From contig CAZCRK010000009.1 of NCBI GenBank assembly GCA_964501035.1, positions 1-39,407 on the forward strand: a stretch of DNA of 39,407 nt. The letters are read 5' to 3'. The position numbers and the translations under genes were made by a program. A model generated the notes under the pieces. The model searched no databases and was not told where the DNA came from. It was given only the letters and a program-made list of their open reading frames with translations. Positions 30,563-39,407 of this stretch are shown piece by piece. Position 1 is the first letter of the stretch, and every line of letters begins with the position of its first letter.

Positions 30563-31551
30563 GATAAAAAGTGTTCGGGATTTTCGAAAAAAGATTTCAT
30601 AGAGTCTTCAACTGGGAGGTCTTCAATACTAAATGAAATAGGAGTATCTAATTTGAATAAAGAGGCCATTAAAGAATTTAATACGTCATCCGTAGATTCA
30701 GCAGTTAAAATTCTATCTTGAATTTGGAATTCAAACTTCTTTTTCAATCCACCAAGGTCAGAAATATCAATATTATTACTAAACTCAAACATGAGTTTTC
30801 GTGGTGGTTTTACTTTATTAATTAAAGTTTCAAAATTTCCATCATATAAACTTGATCCTTTATGAATTACAAAGACCCGTTTGCATAAAGCTTCTATATC
30901 ATTCATATAATGACTCGTCAGTAAAAATGTAGTTTTATGTTGCTCATTGTAGTATTTTACAAACTCTCTAATTTTTGACTGTGAAACGACATCTAGACCA
31001 ATAGTGGGTTCATCAAATAGTACAATGCTAGGATTATGTAAAAGAGAAGCAATAATTTCCATTTTCATTCGTTCGCCAAGTGATAATCTACGAACTTGTA
31101 CGTTTAGTTTCTCTTGAACACCTAACAAATCAACCAACTCATTACGTGTTCTTTTAAACTGAATTTCATCAATTTCATATATACGTTGGTTTAACAAAAA
31201 TGATTCGGATGCAGGGATATCCCACCACAGTTGATTTTTTTGTCCCATTACAATGGATATTTGTTTAAGAAATTCGTTTTTTCTTTCCCAAGGTACAAAC
31301 CCATTGATATTCACCATTCCAGATGAAGGATGTAATAACCCAACTAATAATTTGATTAGAGTTGTTTTACCTGCTCCATTTTCACCTAAAATTCCAAGAA
31401 TTTCACCTTTTTCCACATGCAAATCCACATCCTTTAATGCGTAGAAATTCTCATATTTACGATTGAAAAATGAACGAAAAGCTCCCTTTAATCCTGCTTC
31501 TCGTTGAAATGATTTAAAATATTTTGTGAGTTGTTTTACTTCAATAGACAT
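30559..31551 (-). CDS. ABC transporter ATP-binding protein
   Basis: GENGAGKTT, GQKNQLWWDIP, LSLGERMK, FDEPTIGLD, SHYM. Confidence 0.96.
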   Translation of the reverse strand: MSIEVKQLTKYFKSFQREAGLKGAFRSFFNRKYENFYALKDVDLHVEKGEILGILGENGAGKTTLIKLLVGLLHPSSGMVNINGFVPWERKNEFLKQISIVMGQKNQLWWDIPASESFLLNQRIYEIDEIQFKRTRNELVDLLGVQEKLNVQVRRLSLGERMKMEIIASLLHNPSIVLFDEPTIGLDVVSQSKIREFVKYYNEQHKTTFLLTSHYMNDIEALCKRVFVIHKGSSLYDGNFETLINKVKPPRKLMFEFSNNIDISDLGGLKKKFEFQIQDRILTAESTDDVLNSLMASLFKLDTPISFSIEDLPVEDSMKSFFENPEHFLS

Positions 31552-31582
31552 GCAAGTAAATTACAGACGTTTGAATAAAATA

Positions 31583-32230
31583 TTAATCTAAAATTGTGAT
31601 ATTAGAAATAGCGGTAATTAATTGTCCAAAAGTTCCGTTTCCGATTGAATATTCTATTTGAGTGGGGTGAACTTGTAAATCGGAAATTGAATAAATTTTT
31701 ACGATTATATCATTTTCATTAACATAACCAGCAAGCCATGGTCCATCAAATGGAGCCATATTTAACGAACCAATTGCACTAATTTCAAGTTGATTGTTTT
31801 CCCAAATACCCACACCAACTAGAATTTCACCAAAATCAATTTCTGATTCTGTATCACCATCTCCATAAATGCCACTATTAGTAATTCCATTGTTATCGAA
31901 AACTCCAATGATATCGCCATATTCTAAGCTGGTAATTGATTCTTCAAAAATGATAAGAGACGATTCACCCGTTTCAGAAATACTTAACTCAAATTGAGAA
32001 CAAATAGTATTATCCCCACCACAAACTCCACAACCATCAATTACTGCTAACCCACCACATTCACCATTACAATCAAGTGTATAGAAACAACTATTCGGGA
32101 CATAAATGTTAGCTTCTGAATTAAAATTACAAGCTGAAGGATCGGTGCATCCAAATACATCTTCTTGCTGAAACGAATCACACCCAAAAAATGAAATAAA
32201 AATGAACAAATACAACAACAGTTGTTGCAT
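31583..32230 (-). CDS. Lipoprotein with Cys-rich repeat and one module shared with the upstream gene
   Basis: Lipobox FFGC at residue 17; GCTDPSACNF; SISETGESSLIIF..GEILVGVGIW module; TAATG coupling to the upstream gene. Confidence 0.85.
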   Translation of the reverse strand: MQQLLLYLFIFISFFGCDSFQQEDVFGCTDPSACNFNSEANIYVPNSCFYTLDCNGECGGLAVIDGCGVCGGDNTICSQFELSISETGESSLIIFEESITSLEYGDIIGVFDNNGITNSGIYGDGDTESEIDFGEILVGVGIWENNQLEISAIGSLNMAPFDGPWLAGYVNENDIIVKIYSISDLQVHPTQIEYSIGNGTFGQLITAISNITILD

Positions 32231-35200
32231 TATTTAATTAATACCACCTTGCGAGTATGAATTTGGTTTTGAGTAAATAGTTTAATAAGATAAATACCAC
32301 TGGTCATTTTACGTGCATCCCATTGAGTAGAATATTCTCCCATAGAATAAAAGCCTTGTTCTAATATTTCTACTTCACGTCCTGTTAAATCAAACACAGA
32401 AATTGTAATTTGACCACTTTCAATAATTCCAAAATCGATTGATGTTATTGGGTTAAATGGGTTTGGATAACTTTGACCTAAGTAACTTGAATTTGGCAAT
32501 TCGGCATCATTTACCAGTACAATTTCAGCAGACAAAAATACTATAATTGGACTTGACAAATATTGCCATGGTTCCATTGAAGATGGTACTGCCGAGTAAT
32601 ACTCACCTTCTGACGCATCATAAATTTGAAACTCAGGATATTCACCAGTTAACATATAGCCAATCGTTTCTTGTGAACCATCATTACCCATTACGGGTAA
32701 ATCACAAACACCACTGCCACAATCTGCTGTATCCCATCGACGTGTTCCTACACATACACCATTTCTAAATGCAGCTACCCAATCATTTGGTTGTAATAAT
32801 TCATTATTAACATCCAACACTTCATTAAAATAATAAAATGCTACTTGAGTTGATGAATTATAGTTGAAATTTTCAGGTTGGGTGTACTCACAAGATCCAT
32901 CATCAAATGTTGCTTCGTTATTAAAATTATCCGCATATTCATCCATACACCCGCAAATATTGATTCCACCCCACTCACCTGAGCAATCTTGAATACAATC
33001 ATTGGAAGGGTTATCGTCACAATACCCACAATTATCTTCGTACGAAAGTCCGCCACAAACATCAGCACAATCAAATTCTAATGTACCATCGCATATACCT
33101 TCACAATCTATAATATTTGAAGTACAGTTTGGATATTCATCATCATTATTTGGTACCCAATCATTTGGAACATCTACTTCACAATATTCAACCCCTTCAC
33201 CATAACCGAATCCATCACCATCAGAATCTTCAAAGTATAACTGGGGAGCTAGTTCAAAGCAACCACAACCAAGATCATCAGCATTATTTCCATCACAGAC
33301 ACCACAATCATCAATTTGTGCATCGCCACCCCATTCACCATTACAATCTTGCACACAATCATTCGATGAATCATCATCACAGACACCACAATTATCTTCA
33401 AGTGAAGAACCGTCACACACACCTGCACAATCATAATAATTGGATTCACATCCATCATCAGAATCTGTACAATCTTCTACCCAGTTTTCGGAAACAGTTG
33501 CATCACAAAACTCCGTTTCAGTCCCAGGTTGTCCTAGCCCATCACCATCATTATCACTACAATAAGTCAATATTTGAGCATTGCCAAAACATTCACCATT
33601 ACAATCCATATCTGCATTGCCACCATTACATACACCACAGTCATCAATTAAGGCACTTCCAAAACACTCGCCCAAGCAATCCATATCTGCATTAAAATCT
33701 TGGTCAAAACAATTTTCGTTTACTTCATCACCACAAATACAAACACCGCAATCATCAAATATCGCAGTTCCATTTGGAACTCCAGAACAGTCATTTGCAG
33801 GTGAAATAAATACACTATTTTCTTCACCAGGAGTACCATAGTTTAAAATTTCACTATCTTCATCATATAAAAGCCAGCTTTCCGCATTGGAAGATACCCA
33901 GTTTGCAGGATCACTATTATCTAATAGAGGATCTGATAACTCTGCTGAATGTCCACGATTTGAATTGCCTGTTGGCCAAGTATCTGAATCATAACTAATT
34001 GCATCCACTTCATTTCCATCTGCATCAAACAATGCAATATCATCTGAAGACGTACTAAAACTTACATCCGCAAATACACTATTGGGGATATCTTCACCTG
34101 CATATAATTCATCACCATTTTCATCAAAAAATGGATCTTCACCTGCAATAAGTAGGTATCCACCAGCTGATATAGTTCCTGATGCAATAATACCATCTTC
34201 ATCATTAATTGACCAACCTGAAACATCAACATCCTCGCTTCCACCATTATACAATTCAACATAGTCTGGTACCGATGTACCTGAAGCTGATCTAAAGAAA
34301 AATTCATTAATGACAATATTATATTGTGGAATGACTTCCATATCAAACACTGCCGTTAAAACCTCACCGTAAGTCCCGCTCCCTGATGAAAAGTTTAATA
34401 TTACATCAAATTCTTCATTCTCGGAGCTATCCCAAATTCGAGCTTTGATAGGATTACCATCGACATATCCAGCTAAAACAGGGCCATTAAACTCGGACAT
34501 ATCAACCGACCCAATAGCTACAATTGGAAGTTGAGACCCAGACCAAACCCCTGCTCCCACTAATACTTCACCATATTCTATGTTTTGACCTGTGCTGTCT
34601 GTTTCTACAATTCCATTTGCATCATACAAGGCTATTTCATCACCATTTTCAAGAATTGAAATTGAATCTTCAAATATAATTAGAGAAGACATCCCCGTTT
34701 CATTAATGGATACTTCAAAATGTTCAAGTTCGGTATTTACTAATGTGATTTCAGAAATAGAAATGAGAAGCTCTCCAAAAATGCCTGATCCCGTTGAAAA
34801 TGTAAGTGATGTTTCATATTCTATATTTTCACTCGCATCATACACTCTGACTACCAAAGGATGTCCTTCAATGTATCCAGCTAATTGTGGACCAGAAAAT
34901 TCACACATATCTACTGAACCAGTTGAAACAATTTCAAGTTGAGTGCCTGTCCATAATCCAGCACCCACCAATATTTCACCATTATGTGAATTATCACAAT
35001 CTTCATTGGTTTCAGTTACACCTGAAATATCAAAAATTCCTATTTCATCAAATGTATCTAGAGTTGTAATTGTATTTTCAAAAATAGTGAGTTGCGATTG
35101 CCCTGTTTCTTCTATACTTACTTGATAATATTGTGTTTCATCACAACCCTCATAAAAGCACGAACCATCATCAAATGTTACATCAGAGCTGTAATTACAT

Positions 35201-36663
35201 GCCTCTTCATCTGAACATCCACAAATATTACTTCCAAAGCATTCGCCAGCACAATCTAAATCAGTATTCTCACCATTACACACATCACAATCATCTATAA
35301 TTGCACTCCCAAAACAAACTCCTTCACAGTCCACATCTGCGTTAAACTCTTGGTCAGTACAATTTTCATTTATCTCATCACCACAAATACACACACCGCA
35401 ATCGTCAACAACTGCATTTCCATCAATAATACCAGCACAGTCTGGAGTACCTAATGGTTCAGTTGTTAAAAATTCAATGATTGGAGATGTTAACGATTGC
35501 CATGCAATTTCTTCTGAAGGATAGGCCTCTAAATACTCATCGGAAGAATAATCAAAATATTTAAATGTTGGATATTCTCCAGCCGACATATAACCTACAG
35601 AATATTCTTCACCGTCATCACCCATAATAGGGACATCACAAGCACCATCTCCACATTCACTAATTCGACGTGCACCAACACAAACATCTCCATTAAATGC
35701 ACCAATCCAATCTTGTGGTGCAATGGATATAGAGTCTAAAATTATTTCTTCAAAAAAGTAAAATGCAATTAATGTTGATTGGTTAAATTGAAACATTTCT
35801 GGAGGAGTATATTCACATAATCCATCATCAATATTTGCTTGCGGATTATAGTTGTTTGCTTCCGGATCCATACATCCATAAATTTCTTCTACAGTGATTT
35901 CTAAATTAAAAGGATCTATTGCATCTCCGATGGTCATATCTGATACAAACTCTAATGTTTCGTCTAAACAAAAGACTTGATCTAATGTACTACTATAATA
36001 TTTAAATGTAACAATTTCTCCGCTCACTTCATTACTAAACAACATCAAGTTAAACACCCATGTACCCATTGGTGGAAAAAACAACGCGGTCTGAACACCT
36101 CTAACATCTTCACCCACAAAGCCAGCTATAATATCATTTTCACTTCCAATATTTACATTATTTTGAGATACTGCAATGGTTACTGACCCATTGTTTTCAA
36201 ATTCGAAAGGATTTACTACCCAGGTTGATGGGTCTGAATCACAATCTTCTGGGAGTTCATCAGTACTATTCCCATTTAATTCCAATGGGTTAAACCCATT
36301 ACCAATAGTCATATCAGACACAAATTCTTGAGTTTCATCCAAATCAATTACTTCATTTCCATTATAAAATTTGAAAGAAAGAACTTCACCATTTGTTTCG
36401 TTACTAAATGTCATAATGGGGAAATAGAAGTTTTGAGCTGGAGGAAAAAATAATGCCTCTTGAACACCACGCACTTCATCACCTACAAATGCTGCCAGAG
36501 TACCAGAAGAGACTAACTCATCATCAATGATGACATGGGCTGTAATTGAACCATTAAACTCAAAATCAAAAGGGATTACTTCCCAGTCGGGATTTTGACC
36601 AAACAAATTGGGAACTGAAAAAACTACAATTAATCCAATAATTAAACTTTTTGCAAACTTCAT
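32230..36663 (-). CDS. Large secreted acidic Cys-rich modular protein with lamin-tail domain and T9SS-type-A/FlgD-like C-terminal domain
   Basis: ATG 36663 with GAGGTG RBS (track starts 4 codons earlier); signal peptide; LTD IVINEF..DYVELYN..DVSGW..GTPGEEN (~33820-34322); DxDGDGxG motifs; tail SYPNPFNP..WDA..SGIYLIKL..KVVLIK. Confidence 0.9.
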   Translation of the reverse strand: MKFAKSLIIGLIVVFSVPNLFGQNPDWEVIPFDFEFNGSITAHVIIDDELVSSGTLAAFVGDEVRGVQEALFFPPAQNFYFPIMTFSNETNGEVLSFKFYNGNEVIDLDETQEFVSDMTIGNGFNPLELNGNSTDELPEDCDSDPSTWVVNPFEFENNGSVTIAVSQNNVNIGSENDIIAGFVGEDVRGVQTALFFPPMGTWVFNLMLFSNEVSGEIVTFKYYSSTLDQVFCLDETLEFVSDMTIGDAIDPFNLEITVEEIYGCMDPEANNYNPQANIDDGLCEYTPPEMFQFNQSTLIAFYFFEEIILDSISIAPQDWIGAFNGDVCVGARRISECGDGACDVPIMGDDGEEYSVGYMSAGEYPTFKYFDYSSDEYLEAYPSEEIAWQSLTSPIIEFLTTEPLGTPDCAGIIDGNAVVDDCGVCICGDEINENCTDQEFNADVDCEGVCFGSAIIDDCDVCNGENTDLDCAGECFGSNICGCSDEEACNYSSDVTFDDGSCFYEGCDETQYYQVSIEETGQSQLTIFENTITTLDTFDEIGIFDISGVTETNEDCDNSHNGEILVGAGLWTGTQLEIVSTGSVDMCEFSGPQLAGYIEGHPLVVRVYDASENIEYETSLTFSTGSGIFGELLISISEITLVNTELEHFEVSINETGMSSLIIFEDSISILENGDEIALYDANGIVETDSTGQNIEYGEVLVGAGVWSGSQLPIVAIGSVDMSEFNGPVLAGYVDGNPIKARIWDSSENEEFDVILNFSSGSGTYGEVLTAVFDMEVIPQYNIVINEFFFRSASGTSVPDYVELYNGGSEDVDVSGWSINDEDGIIASGTISAGGYLLIAGEDPFFDENGDELYAGEDIPNSVFADVSFSTSSDDIALFDADGNEVDAISYDSDTWPTGNSNRGHSAELSDPLLDNSDPANWVSSNAESWLLYDEDSEILNYGTPGEENSVFISPANDCSGVPNGTAIFDDCGVCICGDEVNENCFDQDFNADMDCLGECFGSALIDDCGVCNGGNADMDCNGECFGNAQILTYCSDNDGDGLGQPGTETEFCDATVSENWVEDCTDSDDGCESNYYDCAGVCDGSSLEDNCGVCDDDSSNDCVQDCNGEWGGDAQIDDCGVCDGNNADDLGCGCFELAPQLYFEDSDGDGFGYGEGVEYCEVDVPNDWVPNNDDEYPNCTSNIIDCEGICDGTLEFDCADVCGGLSYEDNCGYCDDNPSNDCIQDCSGEWGGINICGCMDEYADNFNNEATFDDGSCEYTQPENFNYNSSTQVAFYYFNEVLDVNNELLQPNDWVAAFRNGVCVGTRRWDTADCGSGVCDLPVMGNDGSQETIGYMLTGEYPEFQIYDASEGEYYSAVPSSMEPWQYLSSPIIVFLSAEIVLVNDAELPNSSYLGQSYPNPFNPITSIDFGIIESGQITISVFDLTGREVEILEQGFYSMGEYSTQWDARKMTSGIYLIKLFTQNQIHTRKVVLIK

Positions 36664-36770
36664 AATACACCTCAATAATAAATAGTTAATTGCTATCGAT
36701 ACTGAATATAAGGACTATACTGCGTAAAATATAATAAAATTCGTTTCTTGTTGCAAACTGTTACGAAAAC

Positions 36771-36799
36771 AAAAAAGGGTGGAAAACTCCACCCTTTTT
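36771..36799 (-). terminator. Intrinsic terminator (potentially bidirectional) after the rightmost gene
   Basis: AAAAAGGGTGGA-AAAC-TCCACCCTTTTT perfect stem with T runs on both strands, ~20 nt after the stop at 36820. Confidence 0.9.
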
Positions 36800-36819
36800 C
36801 ATATTATTTGAAACTGATA

Positions 36820-39405
36820 TTATTTCATTAAAATAACTTTTCGAGTTTGAGAATAATTACCCGCACTCAATCGAATGAAATAAATTCCAGCTGGAGTATC
36901 TTTTGCATCCCAAATTACTTGACCAGTTCCTTGTGAATGATAACCAGAATATAGTTGTTCAACTAAATTTCCTAGCATATCAAACACAACAATATTTACA
37001 TCACCAGCTGATGCCAAATTATAATCTAAAGTTGTGGATGGGTTAAATGGATTTGGATATGCCATCCCCAACTCATAACTTTCTGGCGTCACACTTTCAT
37101 TTGCAAGTGTTGTTGTAAATACTATGGGATCGAATCCATTTCCAACTATCATATCAGAAACAAATTCAAGTGAACCATCAAGATCATACACATTTTGTGA
37201 AACATCAACATATTTGAATGTCATTACTTCACCTTCAACTACATTACTATATGTCATAGTAGGGAAATAGTAATTTTCAGCAGGTGGGAAATAAAGTGCT
37301 TCTTGTTCTCCACGACATTCATCACCAACATACGCCAACAGAGTTCCATCAGAAACTACTTCATCACCAATTGAAACATGTGCAGTAATGGCTCCATTAA
37401 ATTCATACGCAAATGGATTTACTTCACAGTCCTCGCTACGAGTTAAAGAAACTTCATAGTTATCTGTTTCTGTTGATAATAAACCTCCAGATGGATAAAC
37501 CAAGTCTTCTGCAGTATCCATGCGTAACATATAACCACTACCTGGGCTCATTTCATTTAACGTACCAAACCATCCCCATCCTGCATAAAAATCTGAAAAA
37601 CTAGATTGGTCTTTAATGAAAATACCAGTAGAAATCGAACCAAGAGCGGTGTTGATATCAATCGTAGTTTGAGGTTTATAACTTATCCAGTTCCAGCCCG
37701 TTGAAAGTGAAATTGGCTCACTTGGGTCAACTGGCATTCCGCTAAAATTAAGTGTACTCTCAGAGTTAATACCGATCATGTAAAATGTCTCATTACTAAT
37801 CTCATTTAATGTACCAAACCAACCCCATCCTGCATAATAATCTGAAAAACTAGATTGGTCTTTAATGAAAATACCTGCATCACCCAATGACGATAATACT
37901 GTTGTTAAAGACATATCTACATCTACTACATTAACAGAAAACCAATTCCAACCTACAGAAAATGAAATATTTGTTTCAACAGATGAAGAAACTGTTAAAT
38001 ATTCAGGTGTAAATGCATTTCCTAAAATCATATTAGATTCAAAAGGTATAGTTTCACTAATGTCATAAACAGCATCTTCTTGAGAGTCGTAGTATTTGAA
38101 TGTTATGGATTCTCCAATTGTTTCATTACTATAAACAAGAAGGTTAAACACATTGTAATCTGCAGGTGGGAAGAAATTACCGTAAGTAACACCTCTAATT
38201 TCATCTCCAACAAATGCTGCAAGTAAGTCTGTATTTAACTGACCAAATAATATATCATCAATGAGTACTTGTGCAGTTATTGCACCACTAAATTCATAAC
38301 TAGGTATATCAACTTCCCAGAATGGGTAGTTTGGAGCAAACTCACAGCAGTTTTCACATTCAAGAGTTGCATTAGCATCGTAGTTAAGTGCACCACTATC
38401 CATACAACCTGTACATGATGAATTGTCACCACCACATTCGCCACAATCATCCACAACATTACCATCACAATCGCAAGCTCCATCAGCAATACCTTCACCT
38501 GCACAGACACCGCATTCATCAATTTCTGCAGAGCCGCCACACACACCTTCACAGTCCTCACCAATTACACATTCACCATCGCAGTTAAATCCAGGATCAG
38601 GATAATAACAATCGCCGGTAATTGTTGCAGTATCATCGTAGTTACATGCTTCAAAATCCATACAACCGGTGCATGTAGAATTGTCACCTTCACAAACGCC
38701 GCAATCATCTTCGAACGCAGATCCACCACAATCACCATTGCAATCAATGTCAACTATACAATTTCCAGCGCAATCATAGTTTTCTACTGGGAAATTGCCA
38801 TCACAGTCGCAGGCTCCTTCAAGAATTTCTTCACAACCACATTCATAAATTGCACCTGGACCATCACAAATTCCACATTCATCTTCGAAAGCTGATCCGC
38901 CCCAGTCACCATTACAATCTTGTACACAGTCATTTGAAGCATCATCATCACATGTTCCACAATTGTCAGCATAACCTGAACCGAAACATTCGCCACATTC
39001 ATCCATGTCTGCGTTTTCACCATTACACACACCACATTCGTCATAAGCTCCAACACAATCATCTACATCATCACAGATATCATCACCATCTGCATCTTCA
39101 CATGGTGCTCCATAATGTATACCTGTACAATCCACTACATCTGCATCTAATGTGGTTCCACCAACGCCTGATAATACAAGACCAGAAATACATGCTCCAT
39201 CTCCTTGTACTTCTAAGGTAGTTAGTATTCCACTTCCTGCTGCTATCGTTGCTCCACTAAAAGAAAATCCAAGTACAGTACCTCCACCAACGGATGTACT
39301 AAAGCCTGCAGCTTCTGCACTACCACCTGATGCTCCCAATAACTCAACGCCATCTACATCAAATTGGAATCCAGCTATATCTGCATCACTTGAATAGGTA
39401 ATGTC
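36820..39405 (-). CDS. Large secreted acidic Cys-rich modular protein with T9SS-type-A/FlgD-like C-terminal domain (5' end outside the window)
   Basis: Frame stays open beyond the track start 39339 to the window edge (DITYSSDADIAGFQFDVDGVELLGASGG); many DxCGxCxG repeats; two GWNW..IKDQSSF modules; tail AYPNPFNP..WDA..AGIYFIRL..KVILMK. Confidence 0.9.
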   Translation of the reverse strand, partial: DITYSSDADIAGFQFDVDGVELLGASGGSAEAAGFSTSVGGGTVLGFSFSGATIAAGSGILTTLEVQGDGACISGLVLSGVGGTTLDADVVDCTGIHYGAPCEDADGDDICDDVDDCVGAYDECGVCNGENADMDECGECFGSGYADNCGTCDDDASNDCVQDCNGDWGGSAFEDECGICDGPGAIYECGCEEILEGACDCDGNFPVENYDCAGNCIVDIDCNGDCGGSAFEDDCGVCEGDNSTCTGCMDFEACNYDDTATITGDCYYPDPGFNCDGECVIGEDCEGVCGGSAEIDECGVCAGEGIADGACDCDGNVVDDCGECGGDNSSCTGCMDSGALNYDANATLECENCCEFAPNYPFWEVDIPSYEFSGAITAQVLIDDILFGQLNTDLLAAFVGDEIRGVTYGNFFPPADYNVFNLLVYSNETIGESITFKYYDSQEDAVYDISETIPFESNMILGNAFTPEYLTVSSSVETNISFSVGWNWFSVNVVDVDMSLTTVLSSLGDAGIFIKDQSSFSDYYAGWGWFGTLNEISNETFYMIGINSESTLNFSGMPVDPSEPISLSTGWNWISYKPQTTIDINTALGSISTGIFIKDQSSFSDFYAGWGWFGTLNEMSPGSGYMLRMDTAEDLVYPSGGLLSTETDNYEVSLTRSEDCEVNPFAYEFNGAITAHVSIGDEVVSDGTLLAYVGDECRGEQEALYFPPAENYYFPTMTYSNVVEGEVMTFKYVDVSQNVYDLDGSLEFVSDMIVGNGFDPIVFTTTLANESVTPESYELGMAYPNPFNPSTTLDYNLASAGDVNIVVFDMLGNLVEQLYSGYHSQGTGQVIWDAKDTPAGIYFIRLSAGNYSQTRKVILMK
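37553..37875. repeat. 74-bp near-identical direct repeat pair (37553-37626 and 37802-37875)
   Basis: Offset 249 nt (83 codons), 3 mismatches by eye; encodes GIFIKDQSSFSD(F/Y)YAGWGWFGTLNE. Confidence 0.92.
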
Positions 39406-39407
39406 AA

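Noticed and set aside
39337..39339. Track start codon of the rightmost CDS
   Set aside because: The frame remains open to the window edge through a recognisable module and no signal peptide is present, so the real start lies outside the window.
32547..39397. Short + strand and off-frame ORFs (e.g. 33117..33695, 38850..39221)
   Set aside because: Shadows of GAT/GGT/TGT-rich codons in the large minus-strand genes.
32230..39405. Multiheme cytochromes or ferredoxins suggested by abundant CxxC
   Set aside because: No CxxCH motifs were seen, and spacing and secreted context fit disulfide/Ca-binding repeats rather than Fe-S motifs.

Overview
AT-rich bacterial chromosome segment, gene-dense and mostly on the minus strand. 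Gene style (long FCB-type SecA, DUF4159/DUF4175 operon, acidic Cys-rich secreted proteins with YPNPFNP tails, dockerin) suggests an FCB-group organism, plausibly Marinimicrobia; this is inference. A housekeeping core (phoH, thiolase, hbd, acyl-CoA dehydrogenase, Leu dehydrogenase, nusB, secA, cystathionine lyase/synthase; OsmC; ABC-2 exporter; DUF4159-DUF4175-TPR-GATase-like operon) is flanked by large modular extracellular proteins. The ORF track misses a >2177-aa secreted protein (6532 to the window start). It has about six cohesin-like domains and four FN3 domains, each interrupted by a Cys-rich Notch/LNR-like insert, and one ~517-bp insert is duplicated almost exactly. A dockerin-tailed beta-propeller protein lies in the middle. 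At the right end three adjacent secreted genes share unnamed modules. A GTAACA-containing motif occurs upstream of three of the secreted loci. The best candidate for an undescribed system is a co-regulated, non-cellulolytic cohesin-dockerin surface assembly. No rRNA, tRNA, CRISPR array or transposase was seen. All family assignments come from motif reading, not database searches.
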